From: an uncultured Nitrososphaerota archaeon
Lineage (GTDB): Archaea > Thermoproteota > Nitrososphaeria > Nitrososphaerales > Gagatemarchaeaceae
DNA: 64,000 bases
Direction of reading: 5' to 3'
NCBI GenBank assembly: GCA_963838925.1
Contig: CAWISW010000003.1
Location: forward strand, 672,001-736,000
Part shown: positions 9,638 through 19,447 of the stretch, in pieces
Layout of the letters: each line of letters opens with the position of its first letter
How positions within the stretch are numbered: the stretch's first letter is position 1
The notes under the pieces: model-generated
The model's input: the letters and a program-made list of their open reading frames with translations, nothing else
Told to the model about the DNA's origin: nothing
Database searches by the model: none
Position numbers and translations under genes: made by a program

Positions 9638-9949
9638 TTGACAATCACGGTACACGTCGCCGGTCACCTGAGGGACCTCACAGGCAAGTCCGTGGACCTC
9701 GAGCTGGAAAGCGCGAGGGATGTCCTCGACGTTATCGAGCAGCTCGACGTCAGGATACCCAGCATCAAGGACAGGGTCCTCGACGAGCACGACAAGACGA
9801 GGCGCTTCATCAACATCTACGTCAACGACGAGGACGTCAGGGGGCTCGAGGGGGAGGCGACGAAGACCAAGGATGGAGACGTTATCTACATCCTCCCCTC
9901 GGTAGCTGGTGGGAAGGACAGGTTGTCACCCGGGGAAAAGGAAGCATGA
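9638..9949 (+). CDS. MoaD/ThiS/SAMP ubiquitin-like protein with a C-terminal extension
   Basis: RRFINIYVNDEDVR...DGDVIYILPSVAGG followed by 11 extra residues; TTG start. Confidence 0.88.
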   Translation: MTITVHVAGHLRDLTGKSVDLELESARDVLDVIEQLDVRIPSIKDRVLDEHDKTRRFINIYVNDEDVRGLEGEATKTKDGDVIYILPSVAGGKDRLSPGEKEA

Positions 9950-11025
9950 AGCCGCGGAGCCTGGTCATGGTCGGGACGAAGAAGGGGGCGTTCGTCTTCG
10001 AGTCGCTCGACGGCAGGAGGACCTGGAAGTCGACGGGCCCCCACTTCAAGGGCGTCCCGATCTACCACGTCACCCTCGACCCCCGGACCAAGGTCATGTT
10101 CGCGACCGTCAACAGCGACTTCCAGGGCCCGAGGCTCGCAAGGAGCCGGGACAACGGCCGCACTTGGAAGGAGATGAAGAAGCCGCCAAGGTTCGCGAAG
10201 GCCTCGGACTGGACCGTCAAGCAGCTCTGGCACGTCGAGCCGGGTGTCGAGGAGGAGCCCGACGTCCTCTACTGCGGCGTCAACCCCGCGGCCCTCTTCA
10301 AGAGCGACGACGGAGGCGAGACCTGGGCGCTGAACCAGGGGCTCTACGGGCAAGAGACCAGGCCGAAGTGGAACCCGGGCGCGGGAGGGCTCTGCCTCCA
10401 CACCATCCTGGTGGACCCGAGGGACCCGGACACCTTGCTGATCGCCATCTCCGCGGTGGGGATACTCAAGAGCACCGACGGCGGGGAGTCGTGGTCGTTC
10501 AAGAACAACAACCTCCGCGCGGACTTTTCGCCCAACAAGTACCCGGAATACGGGCAGTGCCCGCACCACCTCGTCCGCCACCCCTCGCGGCCCGACGTGA
10601 TCTACCAGCAGAACCACTGCGGCCAGTACAGGAGCCAAGACAACGGCGAGACCTGGAAGGAGATGGTCGGCAACCTGCCTTCGCGCTTCGGCTTCCCGGT
10701 CGCGGTCGACTACAACGACCCCAAGAGGGTCTACGTCGCCCCCGAGGAGTCGGGCGATGCCCGCCTGCCCCCTGACGGAAGGTTCCTCGTCTGGGCCTCC
10801 GACGACGAGGGCAGGAGTTGGACCTCGCAGGGAAATGGCCTCCCAAGGCGCTCGTACTTCACCATCTTCAGGGAGGGCATGGACACCGACGAGGAGGACC
10901 CCTCCGGCGTCTACGCTGGGACGGGTAACGGGCAGCTCTTCTTCAGCAGGAACGCGGGGAAGAGGTGGACCCTCATCGCCGACGGCCTTCCGCCGATCCT
11001 CTCAGTCAACGCGGCTAGCGCCTGA
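9946..11025 (+). CDS. BNR/Asp-box repeat beta-propeller protein (sialidase-like fold)
   Basis: Repeated SxDxGxTW Asp-boxes; VGTKKGAF N-terminus; overlaps the MoaD-like gene stop. Confidence 0.88.
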   Translation: MKPRSLVMVGTKKGAFVFESLDGRRTWKSTGPHFKGVPIYHVTLDPRTKVMFATVNSDFQGPRLARSRDNGRTWKEMKKPPRFAKASDWTVKQLWHVEPGVEEEPDVLYCGVNPAALFKSDDGGETWALNQGLYGQETRPKWNPGAGGLCLHTILVDPRDPDTLLIAISAVGILKSTDGGESWSFKNNNLRADFSPNKYPEYGQCPHHLVRHPSRPDVIYQQNHCGQYRSQDNGETWKEMVGNLPSRFGFPVAVDYNDPKRVYVAPEESGDARLPPDGRFLVWASDDEGRSWTSQGNGLPRRSYFTIFREGMDTDEEDPSGVYAGTGNGQLFFSRNAGKRWTLIADGLPPILSVNAASA

Positions 11026-11068
11026 GGGCTTGCACCACCGGCAACGTTTATCCGTAGAAAGCGCCCTG

Positions 11069-12238
11069 GTGAGAAAGTTGGCGAAGAAGGCGCACGCCAG
11101 GCACATCCTCCCTGCCCTCATGCTCTCGCTCTTCTTGCTCTCCATGATCGTCGGGCCTGCGTTCGCAGACGCCTCCTCGACCAAGGCCGGGCCGTCGGCT
11201 GCCGCCGACCCTCCGAGGCAGGTCGCGGTGGGGGTCTACGTCAACGACATCGGCACCTTCGACCTGACCACCGGGTCTTTCGACGCGGACTTTTACCTGT
11301 GGTTCCGATGGCAGGGGAACTGGACGGTCGGGAACGACAACGCCACAGTGACGTCGATGATCGCCACCGCCCAGGCCGCAACGACGGGCAGCCTGTCAGG
11401 GCTGGCCCCGCTCTCCTTCCCCTACCACTTTGAGTTCATGAACAGCGAAGGCCCGACCCGGACCCTCATCTCCGCGCAGCCAAGGTACAACGGGACGTCA
11501 TACAACTTCCTGCAGTACAGGATCAGGGGGACGTTCCACGTTCCGGTCGAGCTCAGCGAGTACCCGCTCGACGAGCAGACGCTCTCCATCCAGATGGAGG
11601 ACAGCTTCTACGCGAACACCACGCTGGTCTACGTCCCGGACTCCGGGAGCGTGCTCGACCCGAGCGTCACGACGAGGGGGTCGATACCCGGCCTGAACTT
11701 TGTCACAGGGTCGTTCCAGACAGCCGTGGTAAGCCATGAGTATGACACGGCCTTCGGCTATCAGGTCGTCCCAGGCGGCAACACGACGAGCGACTACTCA
11801 AGGTACATCGCCCAGTTCACCCTCAGCAGGCCCTTTGCTGCCTCGGTCACATCGCTCCTCCTGCCCGTAGGGATAATCATCGCGCTGGCGGTCGTGTGCT
11901 TCTTCATCGACGCCGAGAAGTTCGAGGAGAGGCTGGCCCTCCTGGTGACGGCCGTCCTGACGGCCGTCCTGCTCCAGGTCAACTTCGCCTCCACCGTGCC
12001 TTCCGAAGGGCAGTTCACGCTCGCAGACAGGGTCATGCTCGTCGTCTACGCGGTCCTCGCAGTGGGCGTGCTTGTCGCGGTCCTCGAGAAGAGGATAAAG
12101 AGAGAGCAGCACCCGGAGACGATCCTGTGGCTCGACAGGTTCACCCTCGTCATCATACCGGTGGCGACGGTCGTGGCTCTGGTGTTCCTGATCTCGCCGG
12201 CGTGCGCGCACAGGACGTGCCAGCTGCTGACCGGCTGA
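11069..12238 (+). CDS. Pentameric ligand-gated ion channel (Cys-loop/Pro-loop receptor family)
   Basis: Signal peptide, VAVGVYVNDI...FDADFYLWFRW, Pro-loop YPLDEQTLSI, four C-terminal TM helices. Confidence 0.85.
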   Translation: MRKLAKKAHARHILPALMLSLFLLSMIVGPAFADASSTKAGPSAAADPPRQVAVGVYVNDIGTFDLTTGSFDADFYLWFRWQGNWTVGNDNATVTSMIATAQAATTGSLSGLAPLSFPYHFEFMNSEGPTRTLISAQPRYNGTSYNFLQYRIRGTFHVPVELSEYPLDEQTLSIQMEDSFYANTTLVYVPDSGSVLDPSVTTRGSIPGLNFVTGSFQTAVVSHEYDTAFGYQVVPGGNTTSDYSRYIAQFTLSRPFAASVTSLLLPVGIIIALAVVCFFIDAEKFEERLALLVTAVLTAVLLQVNFASTVPSEGQFTLADRVMLVVYAVLAVGVLVAVLEKRIKREQHPETILWLDRFTLVIIPVATVVALVFLISPACAHRTCQLLTG

Positions 12239-12298
12239 AGCGGCGGGGCCTCGGAGAGCTTTAACGCCGCCCGTCGCTAGGAGGGGCGGGCACCAGCG

Positions 12299-12511
12299 TT
12301 GGCCAACGTCAAGATTCGGCACAGCAGGCTCTCTCGCAACTCGAGCCTAGGCATGATCGGGCTCGGGGTGATCACGTTCCTGTTCGTCAGCGCAGGCGTC
12401 GGAATAATCCTGATGATCGTGGGGCTCGTCATGTTCTGGTTCTACCGCCGCCAGACGAGGGCCGCGGTCTCGGAGAGCGGGCCCAAGGTCGAGAAGGGCG
12501 CAGCCCTCTAG
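12299..12511 (+). CDS. Small two-TM membrane protein
   Basis: 70-aa ORF with a hydrophobic hairpin; TTTAA box upstream. Confidence 0.6.
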   Translation: MANVKIRHSRLSRNSSLGMIGLGVITFLFVSAGVGIILMIVGLVMFWFYRRQTRAAVSESGPKVEKGAAL

Positions 12512-12512
12512 C

Positions 12513-13547
12513 TTAGATGTTCTTTCCTGACCTTTCGTGGAGCCGCCAGATCTCGTCGTTGGGCGGCCCCTTCACCACTTCCGCCTTTCCGCCCCTGGTC
12601 AGGACGACCTTCCCCTTCCTGAAGCGCCCGATGGTCGCGATGCTCGAGCCGACGGAGGCGGTCGCCTCTGAGACCCGCTCCTCTTTCCCCCTCTCTACGG
12701 CTACGATGAGCGTCCCCGAGCTGATGAGCTTCAATGGGTCTACCCCGAGCACTGAGCGTACCTTGCGCGTCTCCCTCGCGACAGGGATGTCCTCCTCGTC
12801 GACCTCGAGCCCGAGCCCTGACGCCGTCGCCATCTCGTAGAGGGCCCCGAGGACTCCTCCCTCGGTGCAGTCGTGCATCGCGTGGACCGCGCCCGTCCCG
12901 TACGCGCTCACGGCCTCGTCCACAACGCTGAGCTTCTCGAAGAACTTCCTCGCCGCCGCCACCGTCCCCGCGTCGAGCCTCTTGTTGAAGCGGCCGTCGG
13001 CCCCGATTATCGCGGTCCCCTCCACCCCCGCGGTCTTCGTCATCATCAGGGAGTCGCCCTCTCGCGCGCCCGCCGCGGTCACGTACGCGTCAACCACCGC
13101 GAACGCGGTCGTCACCACTATGGGCCTGTCGAGGCCGGGCGTGAGCTCCGTGTGGCCCCCGACGATGGTGATGCCGAGCCCCTTGGCCGTCCTGTGCATG
13201 TCGGTCGCGATGCGCTCGACGTCCCCCTCCGTCGCGCCCTCGGGCAGCAGGATTATCGACTGCATGAACTCGGGCCTGTTCCCGCTCGTCGCGACGTCGT
13301 TGGCGCTAACGTTCACGGCGTACCACCCCGCCCTCTCGCGCACGCCGGTGATCGGGTCTGACGAGACGATGAGGTACCTGCCCCTGGACTTGGGCCCGCC
13401 CAGCCTCACCACCCCGAAGTCCAGGCCCAGCGAGGGCTCAACGACGACCCTCTTGGAAGACGCGCCAGTCATCCCGAAGAGGTACCTCGCCATCACGTCG
13501 GGCGGGAGCTTCCCCAGCGAGAGCCTCCCCTGCTTTTCCTTCTTCAA
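12513..13547 (-). CDS. AIR synthase/HypE-like family protein
   Basis: GKLPP, SSDPITG, NDVATSG, VGGHTE and MHDCTEGG motifs. Confidence 0.9.
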   Translation of the reverse strand: MKKEKQGRLSLGKLPPDVMARYLFGMTGASSKRVVVEPSLGLDFGVVRLGGPKSRGRYLIVSSDPITGVRERAGWYAVNVSANDVATSGNRPEFMQSIILLPEGATEGDVERIATDMHRTAKGLGITIVGGHTELTPGLDRPIVVTTAFAVVDAYVTAAGAREGDSLMMTKTAGVEGTAIIGADGRFNKRLDAGTVAAARKFFEKLSVVDEAVSAYGTGAVHAMHDCTEGGVLGALYEMATASGLGLEVDEEDIPVARETRKVRSVLGVDPLKLISSGTLIVAVERGKEERVSEATASVGSSIATIGRFRKGKVVLTRGGKAEVVKGPPNDEIWRLHERSGKNI

Positions 13548-13568
13548 GTCTAAAGACGACGAAGGGGC

Positions 13569-13934
13569 TTACTGCCCCTTCTGCTGCTCCTTCAGCCACT
13601 TCGCCGCGGCGCTGTAGACCGGGTTGTTGCTCAGGTCTATGACGGGGATGATCACGCTCGTCTCCTTGTAGGTGAGGCTCGGCTTGTACTCTAGCATCTC
13701 CGAGTACCCCACCCATAGCCAGTGGACGCGCCCGTCGAGGTTCTCCTTCGTTATCATCTCGTTCTGGGGGAAGGTCTCCCTCCACATCACCAGCCCCTCA
13801 GCCCACTGGAAGTTGGGCGCGATGCTCCCGACCTGCATCCCGGTGCACCTGAGCCTGATCATGTCGTCGAGCGCGAAGCGCTGGTGCTCGTGGACGATGA
13901 GGTCCTCGTAGGGCTTGAACGTGATCTTGACCAA
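13569..13934 (-). CDS. Hypothetical protein
   Basis: 121-aa ORF (MVKITFKPYEDLIVHE...IPVIDLSNNP) with a TTAAAA box upstream. Confidence 0.7.
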   Translation of the reverse strand: MVKITFKPYEDLIVHEHQRFALDDMIRLRCTGMQVGSIAPNFQWAEGLVMWRETFPQNEMITKENLDGRVHWLWVGYSEMLEYKPSLTYKETSVIIPVIDLSNNPVYSAAAKWLKEQQKGQ

Positions 13935-13975
13935 TACGGACGGGACGCTCCGGGCGCCCGGCGCTTTTAACCTTC

Positions 13976-14386
13976 TCAGCCTTCGAGAAGGGAGCGGTGC
14001 AGAAGTATGGGCGCATCGTAGAAGAGCGCTATCGCGATCGCGTCCGAGGCCCTGTAGCCGCGGAGCAGCATCTCCTTGCCCCTCCCGACGAACTGGAGGT
14101 CAGACCTCAGGACGCTCCCCGACGGGTACACCTCGATCCCGGCGAGGTGGAGCCCCTCCTTCTCGGCGAACTCCTCGATCATGTTGTAGACCGAGGGTAT
14201 CGAAGAGCGGTCTCCCTTGTCGAACCGCGACATGTGCATGGCGGTCTCCCCGGAGAACGCTCGCATAGTGAAGCTCTCGTCGGTCTGGGCCTTTAGCAGC
14301 ACCAGCCCCTCGAGCCCGTCCTCGTCGGCGAACCCCACCTCGGCGACCTTGACGACGACGAAATCGGTGACCTTCGTCTCTGCCAT
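13976..14386 (-). CDS. Bifunctional nuclease (DUF151)-like protein
   Basis: RASDAIAIALFYDAPI motif. Confidence 0.75.
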   Translation of the reverse strand: MAETKVTDFVVVKVAEVGFADEDGLEGLVLLKAQTDESFTMRAFSGETAMHMSRFDKGDRSSIPSVYNMIEEFAEKEGLHLAGIEVYPSGSVLRSDLQFVGRGKEMLLRGYRASDAIAIALFYDAPILLHRSLLEG

Positions 14387-14422
14387 GCCGGGCTAAATGT
14401 GCGAGGCCTTCTAGATAAATCC

Positions 14423-14755
14423 TTACGGCGAAGGCGGTATCTCTTTCTTCAGCGCCTTGATCGTCTCCTCCGTCATCGAAAGGCCCTCGCGCACTCCCGC
14501 CGTCCCGCCGTACTTGATCCCAACCGTGATCATGTTGACGTACGCCTGGAGCTCCTTCATCTTTGGCATCGTCTCGGGCCTCTCGCGCGCCAGCCTGCCC
14601 ACCTCGTTGTTGAGCGCGAATATGTCCTCGAAGGACTGGTCCTTCGCAGCCTCGTCGCCGGCGATGGCCATCTCTGCCGACGACCTGACCTTGGAGAACG
14701 CGGCCTCTATCCCGTCGACGCTACTTCTCATGCGATACGCCCGATGACGGACCAC
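14423..14755 (-). CDS. Hypothetical helical protein
   Basis: 110-aa ORF with host-like codon usage. Confidence 0.55.
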   Translation of the reverse strand: MVRHRAYRMRSSVDGIEAAFSKVRSSAEMAIAGDEAAKDQSFEDIFALNNEVGRLARERPETMPKMKELQAYVNMITVGIKYGGTAGVREGLSMTEETIKALKKEIPPSP

Positions 14756-14791
14756 CCAGGGGAGCGCGAACGCCCCGACCTCCTCGCTTCC

Positions 14792-15133
14792 TCACTTTGC
14801 TTGCTGAGGCTGCTGGGGCTGCGGCTGGGCCTGGGGCTTGTTGACCTGCTTGTTGACGGCGTCGGCAAGGTAGTGTCCCTTGACGGTGACCTTGACGTCC
14901 TTGACGCCCTTGACCTGCTGGGCGTAGTTCTTCATGTCCTGCGATATCTTGAGGGCGAATATGGGCGGGCAGTAGGGAGTGGTCGCGTGGTACTCGATGT
15001 TGACGTTCCCGTCCTGGACCTCCAGCTTGTCGATGAGGTTCATCTCGACGATGGGCATCCCGATCTCCGGGTCCACGACCTTCGCGAGCTGGCGCTGCAC
15101 CTCCTTCAGGTCTACCTCTTCGACTGCTGACAT
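14792..15133 (-). CDS. DUF59/SufT-like Fe-S cluster assembly protein
   Basis: VVDPEIGMPIVEMNLI and TTPYCP motifs. Confidence 0.88.
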   Translation of the reverse strand: MSAVEEVDLKEVQRQLAKVVDPEIGMPIVEMNLIDKLEVQDGNVNIEYHATTPYCPPIFALKISQDMKNYAQQVKGVKDVKVTVKGHYLADAVNKQVNKPQAQPQPQQPQQAK

Positions 15134-15184
15134 AACAGGAAAGAAGCCCTTTCGGAGTTATTTAGAGCTTTGCGGAGGTCGGGC

Positions 15185-15934
15185 CTACCCGTAGATGCCG
15201 CCGCGCTCGCGCCTCACCTCAGGGAGGCCCTCCTGCGGCCCCTCGCGCTCCATCTCCTTCGCGCGTGCCACGAGCTCCTTCAGGTCGAGGTGCAGGCCGA
15301 GCATCTCCGAGAGGACGCCGATGATGGTGATCAGCGACTTTGGGTGCGGGCTGGGCTCGCCGTGGTCCACGCCTAGCTTGAACCCCCTCATCCCGTACTC
15401 CTCTGCCATCCCGACGAGCAGGTTCGGGAAGAACGGGCCCGGCTCGCTCTTCGTTATCGTCACTCCGAGCCCCTGAAGCTCGGTGATGCCTGCCGCGTCG
15501 GAGGCGAAGCCCACCGCCTTCAGGAGCGAGCCGGCGGGGACCGGCGACTCCGACCACCTCGCGCCGATGGAGACCATCTCCTTCGCCCCCAGCTGGCGCG
15601 CGAAGGAGAGTATGCTGTTGGCGTACTCCTGCTGGTAGTCGAAGGGGGACCCGTCGCCCGCGACCATGATTATCCGCTTCCTCCCGGCGAACGAGTAGAA
15701 TGAGTTCGAGTTGAGGCGCGCGACGCCGTCGGGCTCTATCGCGACCGCGGGAGGGAGCGCAGACGAGTAGAGCGTCGCGAACTTCTTGAACCCGACCTTC
15801 TGCATGAGGAACTTCGAGAGCTCCCTAGCGTGAGAATAGAGGGGCATGTACTGGGGAGCCATCGTGGACAGCGAGACGAGGAGGACGGACTCCTCCGCGG
15901 CGGGCATCTCGTCTACCTCTAGCCTTTCCCACAT
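15185..15934 (-). CDS. PAC2 proteasome assembly chaperone family protein
   Basis: FATLYSSALPP, LSFARQLGAKEMVSIG and LDLKELVARAKEME...IYG (HbYX-like C-terminus). Confidence 0.75.
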   Translation of the reverse strand: MWERLEVDEMPAAEESVLLVSLSTMAPQYMPLYSHARELSKFLMQKVGFKKFATLYSSALPPAVAIEPDGVARLNSNSFYSFAGRKRIIMVAGDGSPFDYQQEYANSILSFARQLGAKEMVSIGARWSESPVPAGSLLKAVGFASDAAGITELQGLGVTITKSEPGPFFPNLLVGMAEEYGMRGFKLGVDHGEPSPHPKSLITIIGVLSEMLGLHLDLKELVARAKEMEREGPQEGLPEVRRERGGIYG

Positions 15935-15995
15935 CTGGAGAACTACGGACGGACGAGCGCCGCGTCGGATAAAAGAGCATCGTTGCGAGACGGCT

Positions 15996-16790
15996 TCAGC
16001 GCTTCGCGGCGACCATGTAATAGCGCCCTCCCCAAGTCTTCAGCTCGACCCTTGTTCCTAGGCAGCGGGAGAGCTTCGCGCTCGTGAGCGTTGAGCCTAT
16101 CTTCCCGGACGCGACCACCCGCCCCTCCCTGAGGAGGAGCGCGTGCGTGAACCCCGGTGGCACGTCCTCCGTCCTGTGCGTCACCTCGATGAACGTGGGG
16201 CCTCCCCTCTCCGACAGCAGGGGCGCGAGGCCATCCAGGAAGCTCTCCCTCGACGCGATGTCGAGCCCCTCGCATGGCTCGTCCAGCACGAGGAGCCTCG
16301 GCCTCGGCATCAGCGCCCGCGCGATCGCGACCTTCTGCCTCTCGCCCTGCGAGAGCTCCGCCATGACCTTCCCACGCTGAGCCAGGCACCCCATCGCCTC
16401 GAGCAGGGACGCCGCCCTCGCCACGTCCCCCGCCCCGACCTTGCGCCAGACCCTGGTGGAGCCGAACTTCCCGCTCACGACGAGGTCCATCACCTTCTCG
16501 TCGCCGCCTATCATCCAGTCGAGGTAGGAGCTGACCAGCCCCGTCTCCTCCCTCAGCTCGCGGAGGTCCGCCTCTCCGAACCTCCTCCCCAGGACCGAGA
16601 CCTCGCCGCTCGAGGGCCACCTGTACCCGTTGATGATGCTGAGGAGGCTAGTCTTCCCCGCCCCGTTGGGGCCCACCACTACCCAGTTCTCGCCCGGCAT
16701 CACCCTCCAGTCCACGTGGCTGAGCACCCGCTTGCCGTCGAGGAATAGACTCACGTCTTCGAACGAGAGGACGGGCGCGCGGCTTGGCAT
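15996..16790 (-). CDS. ABC transporter ATP-binding protein (YlmA/ModF-like)
   Basis: GPNGAGKT, LSQGERQK, LLVLDEPCEGLD and VTH motifs. Confidence 0.9.
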   Translation of the reverse strand: MPSRAPVLSFEDVSLFLDGKRVLSHVDWRVMPGENWVVVGPNGAGKTSLLSIINGYRWPSSGEVSVLGRRFGEADLRELREETGLVSSYLDWMIGGDEKVMDLVVSGKFGSTRVWRKVGAGDVARAASLLEAMGCLAQRGKVMAELSQGERQKVAIARALMPRPRLLVLDEPCEGLDIASRESFLDGLAPLLSERGGPTFIEVTHRTEDVPPGFTHALLLREGRVVASGKIGSTLTSAKLSRCLGTRVELKTWGGRYYMVAAKR

Positions 16791-16889
16791 CCTTAGGAAC
16801 GCCTCCGGCCGCCGCGGCCGCTTTAACCTTAGTCTCGCCATCGCCCAAGAAAGCAATAACAACGCCGCCGGGGAGGACGGAAGGGCACG

Positions 16890-18020
16890 TTGGATCTCAT
16901 CGAGCTAGCGAAGTCCCTCGTCGCGTTCAGGACGGAGATCCCGCCCGGGAACGAGGAGGGGTGCGCCCGGTACATCTACGACTTCCTGGCCGACCTTCGC
17001 ATCGACGGGGCGGAGCTCAGTCTCGACAGGTTCGAGGCGGGGAGGGCGAACGTCGTCGCAAGGTTCGGGCCGAGCGAGCCTGGCCTCCTGCTCGGAGGGC
17101 ACATCGACGTCGTCCCCGCGGGCGACGAGTCCGCCTGGTCGCATCCGCCTTTCGAGGGTGTCGTGAAGGGAGGGCGCCTCTACGGCAGGGGCTCAGCGGA
17201 CATGAAGACGGGGCTCGCGGCGATCCTCAAGGCGGTCGAGGCGGCCTCGAAGAAGAAGATGCGCCGCGGGCTGACGTTCGTCGCCACATCGGGGGAGGAG
17301 GTGGGGTTCGAAGGCCTCAAGGCGCTCTATGCGCGCAAGCTGATCCCCGAGGGCGCGGCGAGGTTCGGCGTCATGGGGGAGCCCACGAGCCTGCGCCCGA
17401 TCAGGGGCCACAAGGGGCTGGCCGACTTTAGAATAACCGTCAAGGGGAGGAGCGGCCACGCGAGCAGGCCTGACCTTGGGGTCAACGCGATAGAGAAGTG
17501 CGCGAGCATCATCGGCGCCCTCTCGACCTGGAGCCGCGGCCTGGGAAAGAGCCCCGACCGAGACCTCGGAAGCACGATCGCGACGGCCACCATTGTCAAG
17601 GGCGGGACCAAGAGCAACGTGATACCGGACTCCTGCGAGCTGATCGTTGACTCGCGGTGGATCCCCAAGCACGGGACGGCCTTCGTCGAGAGGGGCCTGA
17701 ACTCGGTGATCGCCTCCCTCAGGAGAAATGACCCAGCCCTCGACGCCGAGGTCGAGCTGATGTACGACAGCCCGGCGCTGAAGCTCCCCCGGGGCCACCC
17801 CGCAGTGAGGCTCGCGGAGTCGATAAGCGGGCTCAAGTCCGAGGTCGCGCCCTACGGCACCGAGGCCGCGCTGTACGCGATCCACGGCGTCCCCTCCATC
17901 GTCCTTGGCCCCGGGAACCTGAAGCAGGCCCACATAGTCGACGAGTTCGTGCAGGTCTCCGAGGCCAAGAAGGCCCTCTCCATCTACTCGAAGTTGATCC
18001 AGTCGGTCTGCCTGGCCTAG
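16890..18020 (+). CDS. M20 family metallopeptidase (ArgE/DapE-like deacylase)
   Basis: GHIDVVP, GRGSADMKTG, GEEVG, GEPT and AHIVDEF motifs. Confidence 0.92.
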   Translation: MDLIELAKSLVAFRTEIPPGNEEGCARYIYDFLADLRIDGAELSLDRFEAGRANVVARFGPSEPGLLLGGHIDVVPAGDESAWSHPPFEGVVKGGRLYGRGSADMKTGLAAILKAVEAASKKKMRRGLTFVATSGEEVGFEGLKALYARKLIPEGAARFGVMGEPTSLRPIRGHKGLADFRITVKGRSGHASRPDLGVNAIEKCASIIGALSTWSRGLGKSPDRDLGSTIATATIVKGGTKSNVIPDSCELIVDSRWIPKHGTAFVERGLNSVIASLRRNDPALDAEVELMYDSPALKLPRGHPAVRLAESISGLKSEVAPYGTEAALYAIHGVPSIVLGPGNLKQAHIVDEFVQVSEAKKALSIYSKLIQSVCLA

Positions 18021-18024
18021 CGCG

Positions 18025-18807
18025 TCAGACGAAGACGAACGCGCTGCCTATCGCGTACAGAATCGCGGCCGCGGCCGCCCCGATGAGCAGCGTCTCGAGC
18101 CCGCTCCTCAGCGCCTTGCGCTTCACTATGCGCCCCTTCCATTCTCCCGCCCCGAACAAGAAGATCAGGGAAACGACGGCCGAGACGGTCACGGCGAGCG
18201 ACCTTCCCGAGACCAGGTAGTACGGGACCAGAGGGACGAGCGCCCCTAGCAGGAACGAGAGCCCTATCACAGCCCCGAGCTTGTAGGGGTTCTGCAGGCT
18301 ATGCTCGTGCACGTGGAGCTCGTTCGTGAGCATGTCCTCGAGGAACTTCTCCTTGTTGGTGAGCAGCCTCGCCACCACCATGTCAGCCTCCTGCTCCGTC
18401 AGGCCCTTGTCCATGTAGATCCACTTCAGCTCAAGCTTCTCCTCGTCCGTCTCGTTCTCCATCTCGTAGGCCTCCCTCGCCGAGTCCGCCTTGAAGAGGT
18501 CGTGCTCGGACCGCGCGCTCAGGATCCCGCCGAAGAACATCGAGACCGTCCCGGCGAGCATCGCGGCGAGCCCGGCGAAACGGATGAGCGAGTCGCTCGA
18601 GACGGCGCCGCTGAACCCCGTGAGGAACGCGAGGTTCGTTATCAGGCCGTCTGCCAGGCCCAGGGCGGAGGCGGATATCAGCCCCCTCCCCGCTATGTGC
18701 GGGTGCCTCTCCACGTACGCGTCGTGCACCGTGGTCTGCGACTGGCCCGAGCCGCTGGGCTGGGCGGGGGACTGGGCCACCGAGACCGGGTCGTGCTCAT
18801 CTGGCAT
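18025..18807 (-). CDS. VIT1/CCC1 iron transporter family protein
   Basis: LGLADGLITN, AGTVSMFFG and SFLLGALVPLVPY motifs. Confidence 0.9.
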   Translation of the reverse strand: MPDEHDPVSVAQSPAQPSGSGQSQTTVHDAYVERHPHIAGRGLISASALGLADGLITNLAFLTGFSGAVSSDSLIRFAGLAAMLAGTVSMFFGGILSARSEHDLFKADSAREAYEMENETDEEKLELKWIYMDKGLTEQEADMVVARLLTNKEKFLEDMLTNELHVHEHSLQNPYKLGAVIGLSFLLGALVPLVPYYLVSGRSLAVTVSAVVSLIFLFGAGEWKGRIVKRKALRSGLETLLIGAAAAAILYAIGSAFVFV

Positions 18808-18898
18808 CCGGAAAACGGGGCCTCCGAGCCCCTCTGACCTTATAGGCGTTTGCCGGGCGTTCGGCTTATAACGCTCCGCCCGGGGGACCTGCTCCTGC

Positions 18899-19447
18899 AT
18901 GTCGCTCATGGACAGACGGGGCGAGTACAAGTGGCCGAAGACCGCGCTCGCCGACGTCAGCATAATCCTGGACAAGGGCGTCGTCCCGTTGGACGAGAGC
19001 GTCGGGATCACCGTGGGCTTCCGCGTCGTCGGTGGGCTCAGGGAGTCGTTCGCCCCCAGCGTGTGGACGATGGCGTGGGAGGACAACGACAAGCTCGTCA
19101 GGCTCATGATGGACAGCACCGTCTCGGCGGGGAAGAGGCTGGCCACCACCGGGAAGGAGGTCAGGAGGGCGAGGTTCTACTGGAGCAGGGACCCCGACCT
19201 TCCCTACAGGATCTGGGCGGCCGTGGTGCACGAGGACGGAGGGGCGCCCATCATCCCCGTCAGCGTGGAGGACGCGCGCATGAAGTTCCTCGACGTGGTG
19301 AAGAGGTTCGAAGTCCCGGCCAAGTCCCTCGGAAGGGGGACGCACAGGCTCGTCGCCAGCGTCAACGTGGCCTGGGGGCGCAGGACGTACCTCGAGAAGG
19401 GGAAGACCTCGGGCAAGTCCAAGCCTGTAGAGGTAAAGATAGAGTGA
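18899..19447 (+). CDS. Hypothetical protein
   Basis: 182-aa ORF with a TTATAA box ~30 nt upstream. Confidence 0.7.
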   Translation: MSLMDRRGEYKWPKTALADVSIILDKGVVPLDESVGITVGFRVVGGLRESFAPSVWTMAWEDNDKLVRLMMDSTVSAGKRLATTGKEVRRARFYWSRDPDLPYRIWAAVVHEDGGAPIIPVSVEDARMKFLDVVKRFEVPAKSLGRGTHRLVASVNVAWGRRTYLEKGKTSGKSKPVEVKIE

